This document shows, one piece after another, positions 22,281-32,440 of a DNA stretch of 64,000 nt. The DNA comes from a virus, in the IMG/VR virus record IMGVR_UViG_3300027792_000292, positions 32,001-96,000 of that record, one strand, 5' to 3'. Positions within the stretch are counted from its first letter, which is position 1. Every line of letters starts with the position of its first letter. Below the pieces are notes generated by a model. It was not told where the DNA came from and searched no databases. It worked only from the letters and a program-made list of their open reading frames with translations. Both the position numbers and the translations under genes were made by a program.

Positions 22281-22966
22281 TTTGTCCATACTGTAATGAT
22301 ACAGGTTTAGTCAGTAGAGATGCAACAATGAAGGATAGGTATGGTAACGTCATACTTAAACAAGAGTCTTTACCTTGTATTTGCGCTATAAATCCATCTA
22401 TAGACCAAAAATACAAATTACTATCCGGTCTTCCTGATGTGGTTCCTGAAGATATTAAGCGTACAGTCAAAGAGTTCACTTTTCAGAATTATAGAGTGTA
22501 CGGAGTACAAATTGAAGCATTTCTATATGCGCTAAAATGCTTTATAGCCTGTCCATTGTACTTCAACAAGACCTACTTAATAACTGACGGCTATAACATG
22601 GTTAAGAGTTTTCATACAGCAGACTCTGAGGGAAAAAGCCTGGAAAACGTACTTGATTATGACCTACTTGTTCTTGTAATCTCTAAAACTGATCCTCCTA
22701 TGGCTCCTTCGAAAGATGTAGTGTACAGAGTGATATATCGTAGAATACTTATGAAAAAGCCTGTGTGGGTTTTCAGCTCCGATGATACAACTTTTAAAAA
22801 CAGCAAAGAGTACACAGAGGCGCTTGATGAATTGTTAACTAAAGCTAATTTTTTAACAAAAACGATGGATGGGATAAAGTTCAAGAATATTATTTCTACG
22901 GCTGACATCAAGACATTAAGTATTCAAAACAGAGTAAAAGCTAATTCAGATCTAGGAAACATATGA
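22277..22966 (+). CDS. putative helicase loader (DnaC/DnaI-like, degenerate ATPase)
   Basis: CPYC..TG...PCIC Zn motif, YDLLVL, R...KKP; directly upstream of DnaB. Confidence 0.5.
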   Translation: MICPYCNDTGLVSRDATMKDRYGNVILKQESLPCICAINPSIDQKYKLLSGLPDVVPEDIKRTVKEFTFQNYRVYGVQIEAFLYALKCFIACPLYFNKTYLITDGYNMVKSFHTADSEGKSLENVLDYDLLVLVISKTDPPMAPSKDVVYRVIYRRILMKKPVWVFSSDDTTFKNSKEYTEALDELLTKANFLTKTMDGIKFKNIISTADIKTLSIQNRVKANSDLGNI

Positions 22967-24501
22967 TTACGTTAGATACAATATTCCGTTCTATAGTAAA
23001 TTGTAGGAATGCCCAAGGTAAGCCCACACTTACTCAGGATGATATGGTAAAGAATTTCCGTTCTTTACAGCAGATTATACCTAAACCTCCCGAGGACCCT
23101 GCTTACAAAATTCTCTATCATTTTCTTTTCAACTATTTAAAGAAGTGCGATGGTGGCGGATCTTTAGAGCTACCATCATATGAATACCTTAAAAAGTATT
23201 TTGAAGAGAAGGAGGGTAATGAAGCTGTGCTGGCAGCCCTGGAAAGAATCATCCAGGAAAGACCATGTGAGGGAGAAGAATTTAGAGCTATACTCAGGGA
23301 GTACCGTGATGACCAAAATCTGGATGACTTTGAAAAGATACTTACTGATGTAAATAAAATAGCTCGATTGGGGTTGGAGATTAATAATGGCAAGAAAAAG
23401 AGTAAGCTTCAAGGTATAGAATCTGCGATTGGTTTTTTTGCTCAGAAATCCAGGGATCTTAGAAAGACCTTGACCAAAATTACAACTGAGTCTCAAATTG
23501 TTAGTAGAAACGCTATTAATGAGGCAAAAGAGAAATATAAACAAAAAGAAACAACGCCAGATGGTGTGCTTGGTATACAGACAGGTATTTATGGAATAGA
23601 TAGATACAGTTATGGACTAGGTAGAGGTCAATTTATGATTGTTGGTGCTTTCACGGAGCATGGTAAAACAACTTTCTGCCTTAACATGGCCTATCAAGCT
23701 ATCATTTGTGGTTGGAATACTGCATTCATATCTCTTGAAATGTCCCATGATGAAATTAAAGAAAAGATATACACCCTTCATACATGTAACCCTAAGTTTA
23801 GAGATAAATACCCACATCTAAAACATGTCAGTGGTAAAGTTGATATTAATAACGTAGCTAATGGATTATTAAGCCCTGATGAAAAGGAATTGTATTTCAA
23901 AGCATTGGATGACTTGGGGGAGGGTGAAAATGAAGCATACGGAAACTTCTATCTGTGGCAACCGGAAAGTACAATAACCACAATAAGTGATATTGAATTT
24001 AAGCTTTTGGATATACAACAGCAATTCAAAGCTAATGATAGGGACCTTGATTTTGTAGTTATTGATTATTTAAGTCTTCTTGGAATAGATAGAACCGATA
24101 AGACTAACGATCATAACCAAGATTTGAACAACACTATTAAAGCTACCAAACGTTTATGTCTTACGTTCAATAATGGTAAGGGCGTAGCTCTTTTATCCCC
24201 ATTTCAGATTAGTCGTGGGGCGTTTAAAGAAGCTTCAAAAAATGAAGGTAAATACGATTCTACTGCACTTTCAAATGCTCACGAGGCTGAGCGCTCAGCG
24301 GATATCGTATTAACTTTATGGGTAGATGAAGAAATGCGTAATAGTGGAGTTACAAGGATACAGAACTTGAAAAATAGACGTAACAGACACTTTCCAGCTA
24401 CCACTGCTAATGTAAATAAGATGTCTGGATTCATAACCGATCATATCAATATAAGTGAGACAGATCCAGTCAAAGTTGTTGGGGAAATGTATGGTATATG
24501 A
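22963..24501 (+). CDS. dnaB: DnaB-like replicative helicase
   Basis: GAFTEHGKT Walker A, FISLEM, VVIDYL, ERSAD, KNR. Confidence 0.85.
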   Translation: MITLDTIFRSIVNCRNAQGKPTLTQDDMVKNFRSLQQIIPKPPEDPAYKILYHFLFNYLKKCDGGGSLELPSYEYLKKYFEEKEGNEAVLAALERIIQERPCEGEEFRAILREYRDDQNLDDFEKILTDVNKIARLGLEINNGKKKSKLQGIESAIGFFAQKSRDLRKTLTKITTESQIVSRNAINEAKEKYKQKETTPDGVLGIQTGIYGIDRYSYGLGRGQFMIVGAFTEHGKTTFCLNMAYQAIICGWNTAFISLEMSHDEIKEKIYTLHTCNPKFRDKYPHLKHVSGKVDINNVANGLLSPDEKELYFKALDDLGEGENEAYGNFYLWQPESTITTISDIEFKLLDIQQQFKANDRDLDFVVIDYLSLLGIDRTDKTNDHNQDLNNTIKATKRLCLTFNNGKGVALLSPFQISRGAFKEASKNEGKYDSTALSNAHEAERSADIVLTLWVDEEMRNSGVTRIQNLKNRRNRHFPATTANVNKMSGFITDHINISETDPVKVVGEMYGI

Positions 24502-25055
24502 AAAGTATAGATGATGTAAAAGCAGAGATTAATAAGTACGTAAGACTTGGAAATATACTTAGAGAGACTGGGTATTTACGAACAGACATGGAAGAGGAAC
24601 AGTTTTCATGCCCGTTTCATGGAAAAGATTCAAAGCCCAGCGCCCGATATTATAGGGTCACTGATTCCTGTTATTGCTTTACATGTCATCAGGCGTGGGA
24701 TTTGTACTCATACCTGATGCAGCGGGATACCGCCACTTTTAAAGAAGTGATAAATACGCTTATTAAGCATTACAAGATTGATTTGTCAAGACTACCTGAG
24801 GCTATAGTTTCTGCTGGTAGTAAGTCATTCACAGGGAAAAGAGATACAGGAGTAAATGAGGAAAAGCTTTTTATTATCAAAGCTGGAACGATGATTTCAG
24901 GGATGAGAGGTAAGGTAGAAATAGAGAAGTATAGAAGGATAGTATTTGCTTATATGCTTCTAAAATATTCGACATCAGATGATATGTTTAGAGAAAAGGC
25001 ACTGAAACTCAAAGAAGTTTTGGTACGACTTTATAGGGAGATATTAAATGGCTAG
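24498..25055 (+). CDS. stand-alone CHC2 zinc-finger (primase Zn-binding domain) protein
   Basis: CPFHGKDSKPS...CYCFTC; no TOPRIM domain. Confidence 0.8.
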   Translation: MKSIDDVKAEINKYVRLGNILRETGYLRTDMEEEQFSCPFHGKDSKPSARYYRVTDSCYCFTCHQAWDLYSYLMQRDTATFKEVINTLIKHYKIDLSRLPEAIVSAGSKSFTGKRDTGVNEEKLFIIKAGTMISGMRGKVEIEKYRRIVFAYMLLKYSTSDDMFREKALKLKEVLVRLYREILNG

Positions 25056-27579
25056 GACAGAACAAAAAGACAGTTTGCTGACCAAAGAATTAGACCTATT
25101 TGTAGAACATAATGTAAAGGATATACTAGACCTTCATCCGTGGATGTCCGATAAAACATTTAGACTCCTTACAAAACAAAAAGAAATAGAAGAATATATA
25201 GAAAGATGCATACAGAGCGGGATATGTGCTTTAGACTTAGAGACTACAGGTTTAAATACTAGGATAATAAATGGTAAACCTGTTATTAATTTAGTAGGTA
25301 TTTGTTTAGCATGCTCTGACAAAGAGGGTATTTATATCCCAGTAGGACATACAGGATACACTGATAATGTACCTCTGGACATCGCAGTGTATATGTTAAA
25401 GATTTTATGCAACTCAGAGTGTATTCTAATTTTTCACAACTTTAAGTATGATGGTGAGGTACTTAGGGGTTTGGGGATTATTATAGAGGATGAGAATAAG
25501 ATAGAAGATACCCTTCTTCTTGCCGCAGTTGATGATGCTTCTAGAAAACAAAAAGGTCTTAAATATCTTTCTGAGAATCTTGTCGGTCGCCCCATGCTTG
25601 AGATTAACAATCTTGGTGTAGAATCCTCAAAGAAAAAGGTAGCTGCTTTCTCTGAGGTATCCCCGAAGAAAGCAGTCATATATGGAGGTAGTGATGCCAT
25701 GAACACGTATGCTCTTTTCTTTAACTTAAAGAAGAGCCTGGATCAGCAAGACCCTACAGGCTCAGAAGGCCCTTGGAGAGTTTATAAGAGGATTGAGAAG
25801 CCAGCATTATTTGTTGTTATGGATATGGAAAGAAATTTAGTTAGAATAAATGTTGAGAAACTAAATAAAATAAAAGAAGAGATTATAGATAGGATGAAGG
25901 AATGTGCCTCTAATATTTTGAAGTTAGCAGGTAGAGAGTTTGATATAAATAGTCCTAAGCAACTTGGGGAAATACTTTTCAATGAAATGAAGATTAAATA
26001 TCCATTAAAGGAAAAGAATGCCAATGGTACCTATTCAACTGATGTTGAGACTCTTGAATTGGTACAGAAGGCTAATCCCATTATTTCTTATATATTGAAC
26101 TACCGCTCTTACCAAAAGACCTTATCTACTTATGTAGAGAACTTCCTTAATAATGTAGATAGAAATGGGGAGGTAAAATTCCAACTAAATCAGGTACAAG
26201 CAGAGACGGGGCGTTTCTCTGCCTCGGGTGGTAGTGGGTATGGAATTGATGGGTACTGTGGGGTAAACTGTCAGAACATAAGTACCTATGACCCGGATGA
26301 TCCCACATCATTTGATTTAAGAGATGCAGTAGAAGCTCATGATGGGTTTGTAATAGTAGCAGTAGACTATAGCGGGGAAGAATTACGCATTGCAGCTAAC
26401 CTATCTAAAGAACCAAACTGGATAAAAGAATTTTTACAGGGTACTGGTGATATTCATACGATAACCGCACGAGCGGCTTTAGGTAAACAAGACCTTACCA
26501 AGAAGGAGAGAGGGATTGGTAAGACGTTAAACTTCCAAACTTTGTATGGTGGAGGCCCAGGAAGTTTTGCTGCTAAAGCTGGAATCACTATAGAATCAGC
26601 TAAGAAATTACAAGCTAACTTTTTCAAAGCTAACCCTACTTTGAGAAGGTGGATGGATGATGAGACAAAGATTACAAAGAGGCGTATGTTCAGTAGAACT
26701 GCTTTAGGCAGAAGACGTAATCTAAAGCATTTCTATATGGCTGATGATAGTTATACCCAATCTAAAGGGGATCGTTGTGCTATAAATAGTGCCATACAAG
26801 GATGTGGAGCAGATATTATTAAGCTTGCTCTATACAGAGTATGGAAATGGATAAATAAGAACGGGTACCAGAATGATATCAAGATTCTTCTTCCGGTACA
26901 TGATGAAATAGTTTATGAGATGAGGGAAGATAAATTAGATTTTTTGATCCCAGAGATTGTAAACATTATGCAACTGAGGGATGTAACTGACCGTCTAGGG
27001 TGGGAAGTCCCACTAGTTGTAGATGCTGAATACGGGAAGACTTGGAAAGTTGAACATGACTTTTTCAAAGAAAAGGCAAAACAGGAAAAAACAAAGGAGG
27101 CGACACCACAGCAACCAAAACAGGATAATGATAGTCAACCTGAGAAGGTAGTAACTACATATGAACCAGCTCAGCCTCAGGTTTCAGGTAGTAATGAAGG
27201 GACTGTAATATCAGCCCAGAACGAAGTTACTTATAATTTTAGTATCTCAATCAGGGATGAACTACTAAAAGCTGCCCCAAAAGTTACAGAATTAAAAGAA
27301 GAGAATGATCCAGTAGAAAGTGCCACGTTTGAAGGAAAAAGTTTAAAGGAATGCGTGGACAAAGAAGATTTCTTTGTCTATACTATTTTTAAAGTCGATT
27401 TTGTCGTATCAGAACAGTTTACTACAGTTATGAAACTATTGGTTTACGGAGATAGTTCTTTTATAGGGCATAAGAAAAGGATAAAGGTAAAGGATCAAGA
27501 TGGAAAGATCATCTATACGAGTAGCACGCCTGTATCCATAGATGCCTTTGTAGCGCTCTGTACGTGGCTTAATCTGTAG
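25048..27579 (+). CDS. polA: family A DNA polymerase with 3'-5' exonuclease
   Basis: DLETTG, HNFKYD, ETGRFS, DYSGEELR, KTLNF..LYG, VHDE. Confidence 0.93.
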   Translation: MARTEQKDSLLTKELDLFVEHNVKDILDLHPWMSDKTFRLLTKQKEIEEYIERCIQSGICALDLETTGLNTRIINGKPVINLVGICLACSDKEGIYIPVGHTGYTDNVPLDIAVYMLKILCNSECILIFHNFKYDGEVLRGLGIIIEDENKIEDTLLLAAVDDASRKQKGLKYLSENLVGRPMLEINNLGVESSKKKVAAFSEVSPKKAVIYGGSDAMNTYALFFNLKKSLDQQDPTGSEGPWRVYKRIEKPALFVVMDMERNLVRINVEKLNKIKEEIIDRMKECASNILKLAGREFDINSPKQLGEILFNEMKIKYPLKEKNANGTYSTDVETLELVQKANPIISYILNYRSYQKTLSTYVENFLNNVDRNGEVKFQLNQVQAETGRFSASGGSGYGIDGYCGVNCQNISTYDPDDPTSFDLRDAVEAHDGFVIVAVDYSGEELRIAANLSKEPNWIKEFLQGTGDIHTITARAALGKQDLTKKERGIGKTLNFQTLYGGGPGSFAAKAGITIESAKKLQANFFKANPTLRRWMDDETKITKRRMFSRTALGRRRNLKHFYMADDSYTQSKGDRCAINSAIQGCGADIIKLALYRVWKWINKNGYQNDIKILLPVHDEIVYEMREDKLDFLIPEIVNIMQLRDVTDRLGWEVPLVVDAEYGKTWKVEHDFFKEKAKQEKTKEATPQQPKQDNDSQPEKVVTTYEPAQPQVSGSNEGTVISAQNEVTYNFSISIRDELLKAAPKVTELKEENDPVESATFEGKSLKECVDKEDFFVYTIFKVDFVVSEQFTTVMKLLVYGDSSFIGHKKRIKVKDQDGKIIYTSSTPVSIDAFVALCTWLNL

Positions 27580-27608
27580 AAGATGTTCGCAAATTTTTGG
27601 AGTAAACA

Positions 27609-28226
27609 ATGCAAGTAGTTAATACGGTGGAAGATTTTAAGAGGTATAATGAGAATGATTTACGATCATTTATGGCGTACAAGACTGGTATCTATAACAG
27701 GGACCTTCATGATGAGGCTATTCAGGAGTTCTATGTAAAGCTGATCGAGACAAGAGCCTTGGAAACTTTTGATCCCAACTATGAAAATAAACCTAGGAGA
27801 TTTGACTCTTACATACTTACGCTTTTTTGTTATTTAATGCCAGAGTTAAAGAAAAATAACCATAGGGCACGTTACTCTATGGTTACAAAAGTGAATGTTG
27901 GGCACCATTCTCCCAAAATGGTGGATATCTGGGAGTTTGTAAGTAAGGAAGATTTGAATTCAGAGTTTGCGGTGAGTCATACATATTCTGCATCTGCATT
28001 AGAAATGCGACAGGATGATGAAATTAATCTCTACACTCAAGACTTTATAGAGTACCTAAGAAGGACCGAGCCTAAAAAAAAGGCTGATAGGATGATAGAG
28101 TACCTCACACGAAAATTACAAGGTTGTAATGGTACTGATATAGCACATATGTTAGGTTTATCTAATAACATGGTCAAGTTTATCAAAAGAGATTTGTACG
28201 AGGCTTTTAATGACTGGAATAAATAA
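27609..28226 (+). CDS. phage sigma-70/ECF-like factor
   Basis: Region-2-like DEAIQEFYVKL...FD....F.SY and C-terminal HTH G....DIAHMLGLS...V. Confidence 0.6.
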   Translation: MQVVNTVEDFKRYNENDLRSFMAYKTGIYNRDLHDEAIQEFYVKLIETRALETFDPNYENKPRRFDSYILTLFCYLMPELKKNNHRARYSMVTKVNVGHHSPKMVDIWEFVSKEDLNSEFAVSHTYSASALEMRQDDEINLYTQDFIEYLRRTEPKKKADRMIEYLTRKLQGCNGTDIAHMLGLSNNMVKFIKRDLYEAFNDWNK

Positions 28227-28417
28227 TGATAGACCATAAGAAATATAAGTCCTTGAGTTATGAAGAGACAATAATTATGATTGAAGAACTGAAGAAAAAT
28301 TTAGAGAAATATAACTCTGGGAGGATAGATCTGCCTGAAGATTTTTCCTATCGAGATGCAATAGTCACTTTGGGCTATTTAAGAAATCGAGCACGTAGTT
28401 TAAAATCAAAGCGCTAA
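28226..28417 (+). CDS. small hypothetical protein
   Basis: Start overlaps the previous stop (TAATG). Confidence 0.5.
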   Translation: MIDHKKYKSLSYEETIIMIEELKKNLEKYNSGRIDLPEDFSYRDAIVTLGYLRNRARSLKSKR

Positions 28418-28502
28418 ATAGTACATTATCGTGGTGCGTAATGCATATCACTACGAAGGGGTTGGTAAAGGGACTACCAATAACCTTCGCAAAGGAGTTT
28501 AT

Positions 28503-29270
28503 ATGAAGATCACATTTTTGGGTAGTGGATCAGCCTCTGGAACAGAAAACTTTCATAGCAATATTCTTATTGAGACTGAGAAGGTCAGGCTCCTATTTGA
28601 TTGTGGAGATGACTGCAGATGGGCGCTTAAAGAGAAAAAAATGTCTGTGATGGACATTGATGCTATCTATATATCCCATCTTCATGGGGATCACACTCAT
28701 GGCCTGGAAAATGTAGCTTTCTGTACCTATTTTGGAAGAGTAGTGCATGGTGGTAGGAAGGTAAAGCTTATAGCACAGGACCAACTTATGAAGGACTTAT
28801 GGGAGCATACCTTGAGTGGTGGGCTCAGGTCAATTCAGATGATAGACTGTACTCTTGATACTTTCTTTGAGCCTATGCCGATACCAAGTAATGGCTCTTT
28901 CATCTTAGACGAAAAGGGATACAAGTTTGATCTTATTCAAACTATCCATGTGATCTCTGACCGGAGTTTTGTAAAGTCTTTTGGATTGAAGTTTCGTACA
29001 GACAAGAACATGGTTTTCATTACTTCTGATACTCAGTGGGCACCACACCAACTGAGAGACTTTATGATTACTTCTGATGTTGTTTTTCAGGACTGTGAAA
29101 CATCAAAATATCCATCTGGGGTGCATGCTCACTATGAAGATCTTGTGGCATTGCCTGATGAACTCAAATCTAAAATGTGGTTATACCACTACAATGATGG
29201 TCCTCTTCCTGATGCTAAAGCAGCAGGATTCCTAGGATTTGTTACTAAAGGGCAACAGTTCGATTTATAA
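28503..29270 (+). CDS. MBL-fold hydrolase (RNase Z/phosphodiesterase-like)
   Basis: MKITFLGSG, DCG, SHLHGDH, TSDT, HAH, YHY; RBS AAGGAG before ATG 28503. Confidence 0.85.
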   Translation: MKITFLGSGSASGTENFHSNILIETEKVRLLFDCGDDCRWALKEKKMSVMDIDAIYISHLHGDHTHGLENVAFCTYFGRVVHGGRKVKLIAQDQLMKDLWEHTLSGGLRSIQMIDCTLDTFFEPMPIPSNGSFILDEKGYKFDLIQTIHVISDRSFVKSFGLKFRTDKNMVFITSDTQWAPHQLRDFMITSDVVFQDCETSKYPSGVHAHYEDLVALPDELKSKMWLYHYNDGPLPDAKAAGFLGFVTKGQQFDL

Positions 29271-29295
29271 ATAACATATTGGATAAGGAGTAGAG

Positions 29296-31143
29296 ATGAA
29301 AATTCTAAAGAATGCAGGTACTTTTGAAGTACTAACTAAGCCTGAGAATGTTATAGGTGACATAGCAGCAGCAGCCCGTACCTGTTATCAGTCTCAAGAT
29401 AAAGCAAGTCCTGAGAACGATATTAAGCTAGTTAAGAATCTTATCACTCGGGGTCATACGCCCATGTTGGAATTTTCGGACATCACGGTAAGATTTAATG
29501 GGGTATCTAGGGGTTTCTGCTATGATGATGCTACGGAGGTTTTGACAGATGGGGGGTGGAAATATTTTAAAGATACGACTAATAAAGATAATTTTGCTAC
29601 AATAAATATGAGAACTTTTAAAGTGGAGTATCAAAAGAGAATAGATTATGTAGAAGAGGAATGGAATGCTCCGTTAATTTATGGTAAGTCTACACAAGTT
29701 GATTTTGCTGTTACACCTAACCATAGAATGCTCTATTTTCATTATGATTCTAGGATTGATAGAAAATGGAAAATAGATAGCGCCGATAGTATTTATAATA
29801 AGAGAGTAAAGTTTAAGCGAGCTTTTCCATCGTGGGAGGGTAAGAAGATACTTTTATCTTTGGAAAGGTTTGATATTAACTCTGTTTGGTTTGCTAAATT
29901 TATAGGGTTATATGTAACAGATGGATCTTCTTGTAAGAGCAAAGATTCTGGCGGGAGAGTAACCATAAGTCAAACAAAAGAGTCAGGAAAAAAATATATT
30001 GAGGAGGTACTAAACAACTTAGCTGTTGAGATAAAATATGATGATCATGAGTATAGAATAAATAACACAAAGCTATATCATTTTCTAAAGAAACATTTCG
30101 TTTCTGAGTCCACTAAATCTTATAATGGTAAATTCCCTAAGTGGTTGTTAGAAGCTCCTGTTAAATATCTAAGAGCTTTTATAGAAGCAGCTATAGTAGG
30201 CGATGGGAATATACATAGGGTTAATGGGCACAGGGTGATATATTCATCTAATAAGGATTATGCTGATGGGTTTCAAGAAATTTTATCTAAAATTGGTATA
30301 TCCTCTAGTATTAGAGTTGATAATAGAGTAGGGGATAAACGTTTTCTAAATGGTACTATTATAGAAAATAAAGTAGTTGGTTATATAGTCTCCATAAATG
30401 ATAAGACTGATGAGCACTTATTTAATAAGAAGCTGTGGAGTAGAAAATTATATAAAGGCAAAGTTTATTGTGTGACAGTACCTAATGGAACTCTGTATGT
30501 AAGAAGAAATGGCAAACCTATGTGGTCTGGCAACACACATGAGATGGTCCGACATCGACTAGCAAGTTATGCTCAGGAGTCTACTCGTTATGTGGATGAG
30601 AAGGACTTTGAGTTTATAGTCCCGCCACATAGAGATGAAAATGAATGTATTATTAGCCTTGATGACATAGCTAAACTTCCGTATATTCACGGGAACACAC
30701 CAAATAATAACTTTAGTTTTTATACTTGTCTTGATATCATAGGTAAGATGTATAGGAAGTTTAGAGACATAGGATGGAAGCCAGAAGACGTTAGACAGAT
30801 ACTCCCTACAGCTATTCAGGCTCAGATAGTTGTTAAAGCTAACATTGCCGAATGGCGACATATCTTTTTTCGTAGGTGTGATAAGTTTGCACATTGGGAG
30901 ATACGTGTGGTGATGATTGAACTTCTGAAGTGGTGTCAAAATAATATCCCTGTAGTGTTTGATGATTTTAAATTTTTTAAAACTAATGAAGGCTTGGAGT
31001 ACGCAACAATGGTATTGTCTTCAACACAATTAGCTGAAAAAATCATTTATTACACAGACATTTTTGATTTTAAAGATGTTGTATGTAAATTGGATGAGGC
31101 TACAAGAAATGAATTATTAAAGGCATTGAATAGCCCTGAATAG
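29296..31143 (+). CDS. thyX: flavin-dependent thymidylate synthase interrupted by an intein
   Basis: GHTPMLE, SRGF|...|THEMVRHR...QESTRY, AHWEIR. Confidence 0.9.
   Translation: MKILKNAGTFEVLTKPENVIGDIAAAARTCYQSQDKASPENDIKLVKNLITRGHTPMLEFSDITVRFNGVSRGFCYDDATEVLTDGGWKYFKDTTNKDNFATINMRTFKVEYQKRIDYVEEEWNAPLIYGKSTQVDFAVTPNHRMLYFHYDSRIDRKWKIDSADSIYNKRVKFKRAFPSWEGKKILLSLERFDINSVWFAKFIGLYVTDGSSCKSKDSGGRVTISQTKESGKKYIEEVLNNLAVEIKYDDHEYRINNTKLYHFLKKHFVSESTKSYNGKFPKWLLEAPVKYLRAFIEAAIVGDGNIHRVNGHRVIYSSNKDYADGFQEILSKIGISSSIRVDNRVGDKRFLNGTIIENKVVGYIVSINDKTDEHLFNKKLWSRKLYKGKVYCVTVPNGTLYVRRNGKPMWSGNTHEMVRHRLASYAQESTRYVDEKDFEFIVPPHRDENECIISLDDIAKLPYIHGNTPNNNFSFYTCLDIIGKMYRKFRDIGWKPEDVRQILPTAIQAQIVVKANIAEWRHIFFRRCDKFAHWEIRVVMIELLKWCQNNIPVVFDDFKFFKTNEGLEYATMVLSSTQLAEKIIYYTDIFDFKDVVCKLDEATRNELLKALNSPE
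29518..30534 (+). mobile_element. 339-aa intein with LAGLIDADG homing endonuclease
   Basis: Begins CYDDATEVLT, TPNH block B, GLYVTDG and AIVGDG motifs, ends VYCVTVPNG...WSGN before Thr. Confidence 0.9.
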
Positions 31144-31148
31144 TCACT

Positions 31149-31250
31149 AAATGAGACGGCTGGGGATGAAACATCAGCGTAGTTGTGCAGTACCCCACCG
31201 TAAAAAAGGTACAGAGGTAGGCGCACCTCTTTCCCCAGCTAGTCTCATTT
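31149..31250. other. GC-rich multibranch structured intergenic element
   Basis: AAATGAGAC-GGCTGGGGA/TCCCCAGCT-A-GTCTCATTT enclosing GTACC/GGTAC and AGAGGT/ACCTCT hairpins. Confidence 0.55.
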
Positions 31251-31269
31251 CTTACACATAGGAGATAAC

Positions 31270-32397
31270 ATGCTAACTGATTTAGATGAGATATTGATGG
31301 ATGAATCCGTCGTTGAGAAAAAACAAGAAGAAGAACCAATTACACCAGTTACTCCCTCAGGCACAATAGAGCCCGATGATGAGGCTATTAAATTAGCTGT
31401 AAGATTGGAAGGTTGGAATAAATCATGTAGAGACTTATTCCTTGATCTTAGAGCTATTAATTTTGAAGCTACAGATGAGGATATGAAGCTGGAGTTTAAA
31501 GACAAAAATTTTTATGATAAGCCTATATATTTTAAAATGGACCCAGATGATAACAAATCAGATAAGATTACACTCTCAAGAAAACAGCTATGCAAATTAA
31601 TTGGCATCCCTTATAACTTCTTCATGAGTAATAGACCTACCATGAGGGTTGATATATTTAAGGCATGGCAAGCTAGCTTAGGGGCAGAGGATAACAAAGG
31701 TAAATGCTTATCTAGAATTAGAGAATCAAAAGAGTGCTGTATAATACGTGCTCTAGTTCCTGATACGTACTCCCCTATTCAGAATCATGAGATAATCAAG
31801 TTGGTGAATGAGACTATAAATGTTCCATATAAACTAGAAATGGTATCAGGGGATGAACGAGATGACCTTGTTATGCACGCACGATTTATATTTGGAGATA
31901 CCTTTGAGGTTATCGGTCAAAAGGTATGCCTGGGCTTTGCTATTACTGCCTCAGAGTTTGGGGAGAGTCCTTTAATTGTAGATTCTTTTCTATATCATAT
32001 TGAAAGTAAAACGGCATACTTTGCGACATACGGTAAGGAACCCTACTTCAAATCCAAATATGAGGGCATCCAGCCTAAAACCTTCAAAGAGTTACTTCCT
32101 GCTATGATAAAGCGAATGCAGGAAGAATCAGGTGAGTATAAAGAGAGAATAGAGTCCATAAGCGGTAAAGTAATCCCTTTAGATGAGTGTCTTAAATTGA
32201 AAGACTGGAAGGGGCTTCCCGGAAAGTTTAAGAAAGCTATCTTTCAAGAGGCATATAAAAATGAAGAAGTAATGGCTAATACTTTCGGGTTTGCTATGCA
32301 TATGTCTCTTATGGCAAAAGACTATGACATTCATAAGCGCGTAGAAATCGAGAGAGCCACAGGTAGATACCTTAATCTTGTTTTCAGCAAGCAATAA
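31270..32397 (+). CDS. DUF932-like phage protein
   Basis: QLCKLIGIP...IRAL....YSPIQN pattern; family assigned from memory. Confidence 0.45.
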   Translation: MLTDLDEILMDESVVEKKQEEEPITPVTPSGTIEPDDEAIKLAVRLEGWNKSCRDLFLDLRAINFEATDEDMKLEFKDKNFYDKPIYFKMDPDDNKSDKITLSRKQLCKLIGIPYNFFMSNRPTMRVDIFKAWQASLGAEDNKGKCLSRIRESKECCIIRALVPDTYSPIQNHEIIKLVNETINVPYKLEMVSGDERDDLVMHARFIFGDTFEVIGQKVCLGFAITASEFGESPLIVDSFLYHIESKTAYFATYGKEPYFKSKYEGIQPKTFKELLPAMIKRMQEESGEYKERIESISGKVIPLDECLKLKDWKGLPGKFKKAIFQEAYKNEEVMANTFGFAMHMSLMAKDYDIHKRVEIERATGRYLNLVFSKQ

Positions 32398-32440
32398 CTT
32401 GAATATTTTATTTTAAAAAAGTATATTAGGAGAATAGGTC

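Noticed and set aside
31149-31250. Hammerhead ribozyme
   Set aside because: No CTGANGA plus GAAA core in the correct arrangement on either strand
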